In this document: in pieces, positions 1 through 12,558 of the stretch
How the letters are laid out: the number at the start of each line of letters is the position of its first letter
Numbering within the stretch: position 1 is the stretch's first letter
Assembly (NCBI GenBank): GCA_951406725.2
Contig: OX597814.1
Coordinates: forward strand, 3,224,001-3,288,000
From: Octopus vulgaris
Lineage: Eukaryota
Direction: 5' to 3'
Length of the DNA stretch: 64,000 nt
The notes under the pieces: model-generated
The model's input: the letters and a program-made list of their open reading frames with translations, nothing else
Database searches by the model: none
What the model was told of the DNA's origin: nothing
Position numbers and translations under genes: made by a program

Positions 1-417
1 CTTACGTCCCTGGCACTTTGGTATTAAAGGGGTGTGAAATTGTAATGACTTTCCAGAAACCGGCCGATGAGGAAACTTCCCGCGAATGGTCCGTGTATCT
101 TGTTTCTGTCCTGTTTGCTCATTGTGATGCCATTGCCTATGTTATCGCTTGTGTTATCGTCTATTTCTCCGCATGTTGTGTTTTGTTCGATTCAGCTTGT
201 TATGTTCTTTTCGTCCGACCTTTGATTTGTAATCAACAACTTCCGTTATATACAATAGCCATAACACGTGCTTGATAACGTCGAGAACTGAAAGTGCTTG
301 CACATTTATTAAAGCCTAAACACAATTTGAGGAATTCCTTCTTAAAGATTAGTACCATTCTACTCTCTAAAAAGTTTTTTTTCTCAATCTCAACTTTTTG
401 AAAAAATCTTTCTCTAA

Positions 418-459
<42 letters not shown>

Positions 460-462
<3 letters not shown>

Positions 463-649
463 GGTCCCGGGTTGATTCGGGGTTAACCACAGTAAATAAG
501 GTACTCAATACATAGCAGAGTAAAATTAATTTATTATATAGAAGGAGCTTCTACAGGACTAGAACTGTTTCATTCAAGAGAAATCTTCAGAAGATTTCTC
601 TTGAATGAAACAGTTCTAGTCCTGTAGAAGCTCCTTCTATATAATAAAT
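460..649. mobile_element. Penelope-like element terminal fragment with fold-back hammerhead palindrome (copy 1)
   Basis: Starts GTAGGTCCCGGGTTGATTCGGGGTTAACC directly after (TA)n; near-identical to 9786 and 23899. 529-588 and 590-649 are perfect 60-bp inverted arms containing hammerhead core sequence. Penelope assignment is inferred from the minimal type I hammerhead and the inverted terminal arrangement. Confidence 0.7.
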
Positions 650-817
650 ATATATATATATATATATATGGGGGGTAAATATAATATGTGACAATTATAC
701 GGTAGCCATGAATAATTGTCAAATACAATGTTTACAGATAAATTCCTCTATTTACATAATATCGAGGTCTCTTTCAATACTGCAAGGCGTTTTTGTGCTC
801 TTGCACCACTTATTCCA

Positions 818-850
<33 letters not shown>

Positions 851-866
851 TCTCTCTCTCTCCCTC

Positions 867-903
<37 letters not shown>

Positions 904-911
904 GCATTCTC

Positions 912-955
<44 letters not shown>

Positions 956-1127
956 TGGAGCAAGACCACACATGAAAACGAAAAATGTCGATGAAGGGAT
1001 CACAGATGCGTGACGAAAGATTTCCGGACAATGGACATGAGTTAAAATAAGAAGAGTAATAAACGAGTGACGAACGAATATACAGTGCGTGTGCTTATTT
1101 GACAAAAAAAAATGACCCTCCCGAAAT

Positions 1128-1165
<38 letters not shown>

Positions 1166-1267
1166 TGGTAAATCGCTGCTGTTTTAAGTATGTCGAACAA
1201 CCGTGTGCAAAGTCCACATAACATTGGGAGCAAGTTTCAGTAATGATGTTGATTGTGATGGCGATAG

Positions 1268-1628
1268 TGGTGGTGGTGATGGTGGTTTTGGTGGTGGTGG
1301 TGGTGGTGGTGGTGGTGGTGGTGGTGGTGGTGGTGGTAGTGGTGGTGGTGGTGGTGGTGGTGGTGGTGATGATGGTGGTGGTGATGATGGTGGTGGTGGT
1401 GGTGGTGGTGGTGGTGGTAGTGGTGATGATGGTTTTGGTGGTGGTGGTGGTGGTGGTGGTGGTGGTGGTGGTGGTGGTGGTGTGGTGGTGGTGGTGGTGG
1501 TGGGTGGTGGTGGTGGTGGTGGTGGTAGTGGTGGTGGTGGTAGTGGTGGTGGTGGTGGTGGTGGTGGTGGTGGTGGTGGTGGTAGTGGTGGTGGTGGTGG
1601 TGGTGGTGGTGGTGGTGGTGGTGGTGGT
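1268..1628. repeat. (GGT)n trinucleotide microsatellite
   Basis: About 360 bp of GGT with GAT/AGT interruptions. Confidence 0.95.
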
Positions 1629-2425
1629 CATCGTTGTCGTCATCATGGCTGGTGATAGTCTTCATCGGAGACTTGGCTTAATGATCGCGTAGAATTTGTG
1701 GCGTCTTTCCCAAAAGCTCCAGAAAACCAATACGGGTGTCAGCAACGCTGTCAGATATAGCAGTCGGGGTGGCGGTGGTGGTGGTGGAAGAGGAGAAGAT
1801 TGTGGGTGGGATGGGGTTGGAGAGGCTCCATAGAAGGCTCGAAACACGAAAGGTGGGTGGTATATTTTACTCTAACCAATGTGGTCTTCACTTCTCAGCT
1901 TTTTATCAAACGGGACTCTTGTGGGTAAATACATCCATGGCACATATCAATTGAAGGGGTCGGGGCAGGGGGCTTAGAGGAGAGGCAGGAGTGAACTAAG
2001 GGGAGACGGTGAGAAGAAGTGAGATCTTTGATAGACAGGGACGTTGTAACTAACACCTAGGTTCCTCATATTAACTTACCCCACCCCTTTCAATATCTTA
2101 TAACTTCCTTCGCTGTCGTCTTCTTCTTCTTCCTCCTTCACCTCTTCTTCACTTTCTTCCTCTTGTTTCCATCTTCTGACATCTCTTCTATTTCCTCATT
2201 TTCTATTTCGTCTTCTCCTTCTTCGCCATCTTTACTATCTCCGCCATCTTGTCCAGCGATAATTTCCTAATTCTGACAGAACACACGGCCTTATTTCTGT
2301 TGCTTTATACGGCAGCCATTTTATTTCAATTACCCACCTGCACCACCACCACCTCAACACCCTCTTCTCCCCATCATCAAAGACAAGCATGATTGTCGTG
2401 CAATCTCATTTCTCAACCTCTATGA

Positions 2426-2725
<300 letters not shown>

Positions 2726-2777
2726 TTCTATGGAAACAAATCATTTGCGTAACCATTTTAAAAATCATTTCCTATAC

Positions 2778-3098
2778 TAGTTGTTCTCAACCGAGGTTCA
2801 TAGGTGACCATTTAAATTTTGGGGGTTCCATGGCAGTATCTAAGGGGTTAGTGAAAAAAATTTGCTTTGGATATACTTATGGAAAAAAATAAACTAGGTT
2901 TCTTAACTCTTTACGCAATTCGACATATTTCTAGTCCCTGAAACTAGGAGAATGCTATTGAATGGGTGAAAAACAATAGTAATTTTAAAAGAAGTATCGA
3001 TACAAACGGTTTTAGACTATCAATTAGCTATGGTGCGTTACCCGACAAAAGCAGGAATCAATAGGGTCCGTGGACAAAAAGTGGTTGAGAAACCCCTG
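2778..3098. mobile_element. hAT-like MITE
   Basis: Imperfect TIRs TAGTTGTTCTCAACC / GGTTGAGAAACCCCTG; TSD not convincing. Confidence 0.55.
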
Positions 3099-4219
3099 GT
3101 TTAAACGGCATCAAGTTCCCTCCCGGCCCCCGTCTCAGCCTGAGGGCGTCATGAGATCTGTCCTTTCTTCCAACTTAGCAGTAACAAAATATAAACGCCA
3201 GCAGTTTTCTAGAGAGACGTAAATTATTATAAACTTCCGCCTGAATATATTCCCAGAAGACTATGTCCAAAAGCATCTTTAATATGATGAATGCAGGCAG
3301 ACGTGATCAACGATATCACTGTACTTTCTGAGTTCGAATCCCGCATACGCAGCCGGCTTTGCCTTTCTGCGTTTCGGGGGCCTATAGGATAAAGTACCGG
3401 ACAAGTATTGGAGTTCATTTAATCAATTAATCTACTCTCCTCAGAAGTACAAGCCTTGCGTCTAATTAAGGAACAATCAATAAGGCGACAACCTGGCAGT
3501 GTCGTTAGAGCGTCGAAAACAAAAAAAAAAACGCCTTGCAGTATTGGCTGCGGATCCTTACGTTCTGAGTTCAAATCCCGCCGATTTCATTTTGAGCATA
3601 AAATAAAAAATAAAAAAAAACTACTTGCCTTGAGTCAAAGTCGGAACCAATTTACTATTATTGTTATTGTTATTGTTATTTAACTAAGCGTTTATAAAGC
3701 TAAAATATAAATAATATACACCCGGGAGTTAATTATTGGCCTATTTTCCTTTACCAGTTGTAATGATTTCACTTCATAAAGAACGACACCGTCGAGTCGT
3801 TTTGTATTATTCTAGATCCACTCTACCTCCACCGCCTCCACCACCACCACATTAACAAATCCTGATGGTATAGTATATGGTAGTAGTAGTAGTAGTAGTA
3901 GAAGAAGTAGTATGCGCTATTTAAAGCATGTAAGAGACTAAAAAGAAACAAGAAAACAAAAAAATGCTTTCCAAGGACTAAAATACATTTGCTCTTGTTG
4001 TTGTTGTTATTATTATTGTTATTATTGTTGTTGTTGTTGTCTTCGTTCTCCAGTGTTTGACTTAATTTATTGCCGAGCTGAATAACAACAAAAGGAACTC
4101 GTGTTTTTCGTTTAAAGAGGCCGACGCTCAGATTGAAATAAAGACGGAGCAACACCTAACACACACACACACACAAAACATATATGCTTGTGTATAGGAG
4201 TGTCTGCGCGCGCGTGTGT

Positions 4220-4263
<44 letters not shown>

Positions 4264-4557
4264 ATATATATATATATGTGTATATATATATATGTATGTA
4301 TATATATATGTATGTATATATATGTATATATATATGTATGTATATATATGTGTATATATATGTATGTATATATATGTGTATATATATATGTGTATATATA
4401 TATATATATATATACATATATATATGTATATATATATATAATTTATATATATAAACATGTGCACACACTCACACACACACACACACACGTGCTTTGTGTG
4501 TCTGTATACATAGAATTGTGCGTGTGGGTATCTGTATGTGTGCGTGCCTGCGTGTGT

Positions 4558-4603
<46 letters not shown>

Positions 4604-4986
4604 GTGTACAACAGTGCAGTGGACTCCTTCATAGACTCCTTATTGTTTGGTAGAAAATCAAGCTACGTGACCAAGTGACAGACAATAGAAACAGTAAAAA
4701 TTAGGGGGTGGGGGGACGGGTGGGAAAGGGGTACGTTGAAAGCATGACGGGAGCAGGGTGAGGTGTAGTTGGAGGGGTGTGGTGGTAGGGTGAAAAGGGG
4801 GGCAGCTGACAAGTAATTAGAGCCCCCCCCCCCACCGAATGGACGGGAATGGAGAAGGGCAAAACCCATAGTCTTTATGACGTCTACGAGACCTTGGGTA
4901 TAGACGAGGTTCTCGGCCGGGTGTCACGCATCGTGCAACAGTGACACCACACACAGCAGCGCAGCATTGAAGAGTGTGTGTGTGTG

Positions 4987-5021
<35 letters not shown>

Positions 5022-5222
5022 TGTGTGTGTGTGTTAGAGGGTTTGCGTGTGTTAGTAAATAAGAGCCGGTGAGGTAACTTGTATTGTTTGGCGAAAATAA
5101 AGACAAAAGTTATGTGTATGCACACACACACACGCACACACTCACAACACACACACACACACATATATATAAGTACACACACACACACACTTATAGCACT
5201 TATATACATATATACATACATA

Positions 5223-5442
5223 TACTCTTTTACTCTTTTACTCTTTTACTTGTTTCAGTCATTTGACTGTGGCCATGTTGAAGCACCGCCTTTAATCGAG
5301 CAACTCGACCCCGGGTCTTATTCTTTTGTAAGCCCAGAACTTATTCTATCGGTCTCTTTTGCCGAACCGCTAAGTGACGGGGACGTAAACACACCAGCAT
5401 CGGTTGTCAAGCAATGCTAGGGGGACAAACACAGACACACAA

Positions 5443-5485
<43 letters not shown>

Positions 5486-5651
5486 TACGACAGGCTTCTT
5501 TCAGTTTCCGTCTACCAAATCCACTCACAAGGCTTTGGTCGGATCGGGGCTATAGCAGAAGACACTTGCCCAAGATGCCACGTAGTGGGACTGAACCCGG
5601 AACCATGTGGTTGGTTAGCAAGCTACTTACCACACAGCCACTCCTGCGCCT
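5223..5651 (-). mobile_element. tRNA-derived SINE, family A (full length)
   Basis: Minus-strand head GGCGCAGGAGTGGCTGTGTGG (A box) ... GGTTCAGTCCC (B box), CORE-like CTTGGGCAAGTG, internal (TA)/(CA) tract and (AGTAAAAG)-type tail; several near-identical copies in the window. Confidence 0.85.
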
Positions 5652-5943
5652 TATATATATATAAGTTCAGCAAAAATTTAGATTCAAATGAATATGATAC
5701 TAAATTTAGATGCACCAGAATTTTGTATGGTGTTATCCATAAAAATTTGTGGGGTGATTATAATCAAAACAAGCAACAAGAATGACTCCGGTAATTTGGC
5801 ACAATCGTTTCGTACCACATCATTCCACCAAATGCATATATATATATTGCTGGCTTTGACCCCTTCAAAGAACCAGCGTCCCGTGAGAGACAAAAAAAAA
5901 AAAAAAAGAAAAACGTTGTGATCGCGGATACTCGTATGTTATG

Positions 5944-6260
5944 GAAACCAGGTACCCGGGTTTCTGAATCGCTAGGATCCAAGAAAACCAGGTACCCGGG
6001 TTTATGAATCGCTAGGATCCAAGAAAACCAGGTACCCGGGTTTATGAATCGCTAGGATCCAAGAAAACCAGGTACCCGGGTTTATGAATCGCTAGGATCC
6101 AAGAAAACCAGGTACCCGGGTTTATGAATCGCTAGGATCCAAGAAAACCAGGTACCCGGGTTTATGAATTGCTAGGATCCAAGAAAACCAGGTACCCGGG
6201 TTTATGAATCGCTAGGATCCAAGAAAACCAGGTACCCGGGTTTATGAATCGCTAAGGTCC
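5944..6260. repeat. 40-bp minisatellite, about 8 copies
   Basis: Unit GAAAACCAGGTACCCGGGTTTATGAATCGCTAGGATCCAA, nearly invariant. Confidence 0.95.
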
Positions 6261-8594
6261 AAAAAAAAAAAAAAAAAACAATAAGGAGCAGAGTGTATTC
6301 AGAAGAAGAACGGAAACGTATAACAAAAACCTGAATGAGAGAATTCTACAAAGACTGTAGCATAGGTGGTGGATGGTGGGGGTGAGTCCCCGCCCCGCCC
6401 CTCGATGACAAAACCATCCATCCACACCACGAAAGTATTTCTAAAATATTCACACAAATCACTGATAGAACGATTTTAAAAGGTTGCAGACAATTAGGTG
6501 AGATTAAATGAGATTATCATAAAGCGAAGTGATACCCAACAACAGCAAGAGCAACAGCAACAACATTTGAAAGGAAAATAAAGCGGCTGAGTTTGGGGTC
6601 TGCCTGTTGAAGGTAAATTCCAAGGATGAGGGATAAGCGTGTTCACATCAGGGGTAATTAGATGATGCTTAAGTGTGTCATATTTTGGCCTTGGAATGCG
6701 GTAGTTAACGCTGGTATGCGACGGTATGTGATGGTATGTGATGGTATGTGATCGCTATGTGGTGAGTCTGACGTTTGTTTAAAGAATAACAATCAAAAAA
6801 TAACAAACACGGGAATGAATGTCTCGTTCTATTAAAGAAGAATAGATTGAGAAGGGGTGGCGAGGCTGGCGAGGCTGGTGGTGGTGATGGTAGTGATGGT
6901 GCAGGTGATGTTAGTATAAAAACTGATAGTAGCGATGGTGACTATGAAAGTGTAGTAATGAAGATGGCGTTCATGGTGGTGGTGAAGGTGATATTACTGG
7001 TATGATGGTGTTGCTGCTGATGGTGATGATGGTGATGATGATGGTGATGATGATGATGGTGATGATGATGATGATGATGATGATCGTGATGGTGATGATG
7101 ATGGTGGTGGTGATGATGATGATGGCGATAGCGAAGACGGGGGTGGTGAGGTGGTGAAAGTGAAATTGGTAGTGGTGGTGGTGGTGGTGGCAGAGTTGAT
7201 ATCGATATAGTTGATGATAATGATAATGAAGATGTTGGTGGTGGCGATAGTGGTGTGGTGTTGGTGTTGACGGTCAAATTGGTATGGATTGGAGGTGGGG
7301 AGAGCACTGTGATCCGTGCTGATGATGGCGGTGGTTCCAACGGTGTTAGTGCTAGTGATGGTGGGGACGGGATCGTTGTTGTTTACTCGCAAGTCAACTC
7401 TTTTGCAGATTACCTTTGATCAAAGAGGTTCCCACCGTGACCATGCCGTCTGTCTGTACATACAGGACTTAAACTATATTGACCAGTATGCCTTTCATTT
7501 CAGAGAATGATTCGAGGGCGATTTAGCTACTATTTCTAGCTATCATGTCGATGACTACGTAGAGGCGCCTATATGGAGTCAGTGTGTTGTTTCTGGTAGT
7601 ATGGGGGAGGGCGCGAGTGGTGGTAAGAGTGGAGATTAATGGACTAAATGTGCGCACGCGCATTAATTATACTGCGGCCAGGCTGGAACACTACTCTCTG
7701 TGACATTATCGATTACATCTACCATCGACATTATTTTATTTTTATGAATTTGTCCGGCATTTGATATCAGCTTGACTGCAAGACTCTCTGAATGCTTGTT
7801 TTTCTATACAACTGCGCATGCGCGTGCGTGTGTGTGTGTGTGTGTGTAGGAAGAGAGATGCATATACACACAGGTTATTACATTTAATGTAGTGTAACAG
7901 TGAAACAGCAACAAAGTTATTTATTCGTAATTACACTCGTAATTGGAAGAGAAATGTCATTAAAGTTAATGAAAAGTCTTGTCATTAAAACCTAAACGAG
8001 GAAGAAAGCTTCGTAATTTCAAATTGTTTAAAACTTAAATAGTGACACGTTGTAGTAGACGTGTCTGATATTTAATAAGAAGGGGTGAAAACTCTGAATA
8101 TGTTTCAGTCTTATGAAACCTTTTCAAGGTAACAAATCCTTACCAACAGAAGGCTATGAAGAGATATCGAATTCTGTGAAGATTGTTGATTAAATAAATT
8201 TAAATAACGATTTCTATTATCAAAATATCGGGTAATTGTAAATAGCTTGACGATTTACCTTCCACGGGTTTTTACCTAAACCCCCTTTCTTTCTCTCCCT
8301 ATTCTTTCTACGTAGCTAATTCTGTTTCTGCCTTTATCTCTCTCCACTCTCTCTTGTCTCTATTTCTATCACTTTCCAGCCTCTATTTTCCTGCGTCTCT
8401 CTTTCTTTCTTTCTTACTTTCTTTCTTTCACGCCCCATCCACCCGTTTAAGCTGTCTTCTATGTTGTCACCATTTTGACTCGACATACTACCCGGAGCTG
8501 TCTCAAATTACAGACAATTGGTGGTGGCATCAGGCACACATATGCCGTATAGATGAACGGGTGGGGTGACTGGGTAGAAGGCCGACAAACAAAC

Positions 8595-8636
<42 letters not shown>

Positions 8637-9422
8637 CAGATAAGTAAGAGATTCTATGAAGGGGTGTAGTTGGGAGGGAGAGAGAGGAGTTCGGGGTGGG
8701 GGGAGGATCAGATGTAGTAAGAGGCAAAAAAGTCGAGATGAAATATCGCTAAGGTGTCTCCGTCAAACCAATCCTGACATGCCATTCCTAGCCAAAATGT
8801 CTCCATACACACTGACCTCTCACTCTACCCGTCACATCCGACATATTTAGGACCTTCTGTCTTAGATTCCCCGTCGCCAACGCCAACATTGCCATTAAGA
8901 AACCACCTAAAACAGTAGCAGCAGCAGCAGCAACAACAACAACAACTGTGACAGGAACTGATATGCGTCTATATTAAGGCTCTGGTTCTCTTCTGCTTCT
9001 ACTCTCTCACCCTCTCTTCTTCTCTCTCTCTCTCTCCTTCTCTATATACATATACTATTTTACTTGTTTCAGTCATTTGACTGTGGCCACGCTGGAGCAC
9101 CGCCTTTAGTCGAGCAGATCGACCCCAGGACTTTTTCTTTATAAGCCTAGTACGTATTCTATCGGTCTCTTTCGCCGAACCGCTAAGTTACGGAGACATA
9201 AACACACCAGCAGCAGTTGTCCAGCGATGTTGGGGGGGGGAGACAAACACAGACACATAAACACACACACAAGTATATATATATATATATATATATCAAT
9301 CACTGTGACCGACCAGGTTATCAGAAGTTGCTACACATCGCTGATCACAATGCGCTTCGCATTGTTTCAGCCTTCAAATGACGCCACCCCGCTGGCTAAG
9401 CAAGCAGGCCAAGATATATTTA

Positions 9423-9461
<39 letters not shown>

Positions 9462-9505
9462 GTGTATATGTTTATATATATATATATATATACATATGTG
9501 TATAT

Positions 9506-9567
<62 letters not shown>

Positions 9568-9575
9568 GTGTATAT

Positions 9576-9617
<42 letters not shown>

Positions 9618-9705
9618 ATAAACATATACACATATGTATATATATATATATATATACATATGTGTATATGTTTATATATATATATATATATACATATGTG
9701 TATAT

Positions 9706-9743
<38 letters not shown>

Positions 9744-9751
9744 GTGTATAT

Positions 9752-9785
<34 letters not shown>

Positions 9786-9788
<3 letters not shown>

Positions 9789-9979
9789 GGTCCCGGGTTG
9801 AGTCGGGGTTAACCACAGTAAATAAGGTACTCAATACATAGCAGAGTAAATTAATTTATTTTATAGAAGGAGCTTCTACAGGACTAGAACTGTTTCATTC
9901 AAAGGAAATTATCAGGAAGCTTCCTGATGATTTCCTTTGAATGAAACAGTTCTAGTCCTGTAGAAGCTCCTTCTATAAA

Positions 9980-9985
<6 letters not shown>
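9786..9985. mobile_element. Penelope-like element terminal fragment with fold-back hammerhead palindrome (copy 2)
   Basis: Same start as 460 and 23899, flanked by (TA)n on both sides. 9854-9985 is a 132-bp palindrome centred on AAGCTT with one mismatch (9910/9929). Confidence 0.7.
9918..9968 (+). ncRNA. Type I hammerhead ribozyme motif (intact core)
   Basis: AGCTTC (stem I) CTGATGA tTTCctttGAAt (stem II) GAA ACAG ttctagtc CTGT (stem III) A | GAAGCT (stem I'). Predicted cleavage after GUA at 9962. The 10.1-11.1 pair is a non-canonical U-U. Confidence 0.8.
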
Positions 9986-10021
<36 letters not shown>

Positions 10022-10483
10022 GACGGGCTTCTTTCAGTTTCCGTCTACCAAATCCACTCACAAGGCTTTGGTAGGCTCGAAGTTATAGAAAACATTAGCG
10101 CATGGTGCCACGCAGTGGGACTGAACCCGGAACCAAACCACGTGATTGGAAAGCAAACTTCTTACCACACAGCCGTACCTGCGCACATATATTAGTTGTA
10201 GTCTGAGTGTCACTAATGTGTACTAGTTATTTGTAGCATGTGTTGTATGTGTGTGTAAAGCAGCCTCGCCTCCCTCCTCCCTCCTCCCACCCACCCCCCA
10301 CTCCCGTGCCTCGCAAAATTCAAGGTTAAAGAGCGTTGTCCGATTTCCCCAAAAAAGCAATCAGAATTGGTAACGAAACCCGAACTGTCACGTGAAATCG
10401 GACACACTCTCAACGAAACTCGAGATTCTGGTCCGCCCCGGACCACAATTTAGGTCACGTTTTGTTGTCACCGCATAAAGCTT

Positions 10484-10589
<106 letters not shown>

Positions 10590-10992
10590 CAGCAGCAAAA
10601 ATTTGTTGCTGCGATTGAAACTAGGATTAACCCCCAGAAACTTCTATTGATGAAAGGTTTTCATACCGTGACCATCCCGTTATATTTTTGTACCGTAGTG
10701 TATGGAGAACTACATTAAAGTATCCTTCTCAAGTCAATAGTGAATGATATGAAGTAGATTCGGCTGCGATTTCTAGCAGGTCGATCGACTATTTAGTGAC
10801 GCACTCGTTGACCCTCACCACCACAACAACTGGTTCTGACAGTTGTGTCTGTTTGGTTTTTTTTTTTATCGTTAGCCCTAGGCCATCCTAAACTGACCAT
10901 ACCACTGACTATACAATTCTTCGCTTGTATTACTACAAAATTCAATGTATCCAACCCGTAGAGATCTCTACATCTATTGATACAGATCTCTA

Positions 10993-11513
10993 TACGGGTG
11001 GGGCACATCAGGCGGGATACTTGTGTCCTTACGGGTGGGACATACCAGGCGGGACATTTGTGTCCTTACGGGTGGGACACATCACGTGGGATACTTGTGT
11101 CTTTCCGAGTGGGACACATCAGGCGGGATACTTGTGTCCTTACGGGTGGGAGACATCACGTGGGATACTTGTGTCCTTACGGGTGGGAGACATCACGTGG
11201 GATACTTGTGTCCTTACGGGTAGAGCACATCAGGCGGGATACTTGTGTCCTTACGGGTGGGAGACATCACATAGGATACTTGTGTCCTTACGGGTGGAGC
11301 ACATCATGCGGGATACTTGTGTCCTTACGGGTGGAACACATCACATAGGATACTTGTGTCCTTACGGGTGGGACACATCATATAGGATACTTGTGTCCTT
11401 ACGGGTGGAGCACATCAGGCGGGATACTTGTGTCCTTACGGGTGGGACACATCACGTAGGATACTTGTGTCTTTCCGAGTGGGACACATCAGGCGGGATA
11501 CTTGTATGTCCTT
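10993..11513. repeat. 37-bp GC-rich minisatellite, about 14 copies
   Basis: Unit GGGATACTTGTGTCCTTACGGGTGGGACACATCAGGC with variants; internal inverted repeat TGTGTCC/GGACACA. Confidence 0.95.
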
Positions 11514-12207
11514 CCAATGTCATGTACTACATCGTCTAATAAGTCACCCGTGTTTAGTACTACTTTAGTACAATCTTTTGAAGACATTAGGGACAACCTC
11601 TTGGGTGATTGTTCTTTACCATAGCCATTTGATTTGAGTTTGGTAGACGGAAACCGTGTGGAATTCCTTCAAAAGAATTGTCTGTGTTTAGAAGTGGCAA
11701 ACTTCATCTGGTCAGCAGGTATCTTTACCGTGTCCACTGTGCCACAAGGATTCGTGCCATGTGTCTCGTCTCAGAACAAATTCCTTCAGTGCAACTTCCC
11801 AACCCATTCTCCAAGTCTCAGCAAAAATGTTAATGGAACTAACATACTTCCTCTGACTAAATTATTCGAGATGAATTAGGAATTTCAGCGAGATTAGACT
11901 GCTGTTTCTAGCCAATCAAATGACTACTAAATGAACGCTTTAACAGCAAAGTGTCGTTTTTGTGGATTCTGTTGTTGTTTTTAAAGTTGTTGATGTCCAC
12001 GTTGTTATAATAGTTGTGCCGGATTAACGGTGTTACAGTGTTGATGTTTTCTGTCGAAATCCGGCAATGTTTGTCTTTATCGGTCAAGGGAAAGTGGGAG
12101 GGGATCAACTTATATGACAACGCCATCCCCCCACCACACACACACACACCACTTACTCCTCACAAAATTCAGACTTTTATTTCAATGTAATGGAATCAGG
12201 CTTATTG

Positions 12208-12243
<36 letters not shown>

Positions 12244-12518
12244 TCAACGCACCTTAAAACACACACACAGCAAAATACTCTACACATGAACACACATTCT
12301 ACTGCACATACACGTATATTCCACACACACTTTAGCGCGCGTGCGCACTCTCTCTCTCCATTCTTTCTTCCTCCTCTTCATCTCTCTCCCTCTTCCTCTC
12401 TTTCTCACCTCTTCCTCTCTCCCACCTCCCTCTTCCCTCTCTCTCCTTCTCCATTCTCTACCCCTCTTCTTTCTCTCTCTCCTCTTTCTCTCTCTCGCAG
12501 TCTGTCTACATTTCTCTG

Positions 12519-12558
<40 letters not shown>

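Larger units (their letters stand above)
9053..10184 (-). mobile_element. SINE family A, split by nested insertions in its internal microsatellite
   Basis: The 3' half (9053-9270) and 5' half (10019-10184) are colinear with the 5223-5651 copy. Confidence 0.8.

Noticed and set aside
233-420. Minus-strand frame resembling the C-terminus of a Penelope GIY-YIG domain
   Set aside because: Too short and too weakly similar to call without a profile search.
985-1030. Hammerhead-like TGTC-GATGAAG...GTGAC-GAAA...GACA
   Set aside because: Lacks the CUGANGA core and a convincing stem III; at best a decayed relic.
5560-5651. tRNA-like sequences (A and B boxes) here and in other SINE heads
   Set aside because: No complete cloverleaf; they are SINE promoters continuous with SINE bodies.
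5944-6260. Possible vector polylinker contamination (KpnI, SmaI, BamHI sites)
   Set aside because: Spacing differs from the pUC polylinker, no other vector sequence flanks it, and the sites follow from the palindromic unit; not formally excluded without a UniVec search.
10993-11513. CRISPR-like appearance (37-bp palindromic repeats)
   Set aside because: Units are directly adjacent with no unique spacers, there are no cas genes, and the context is eukaryotic.
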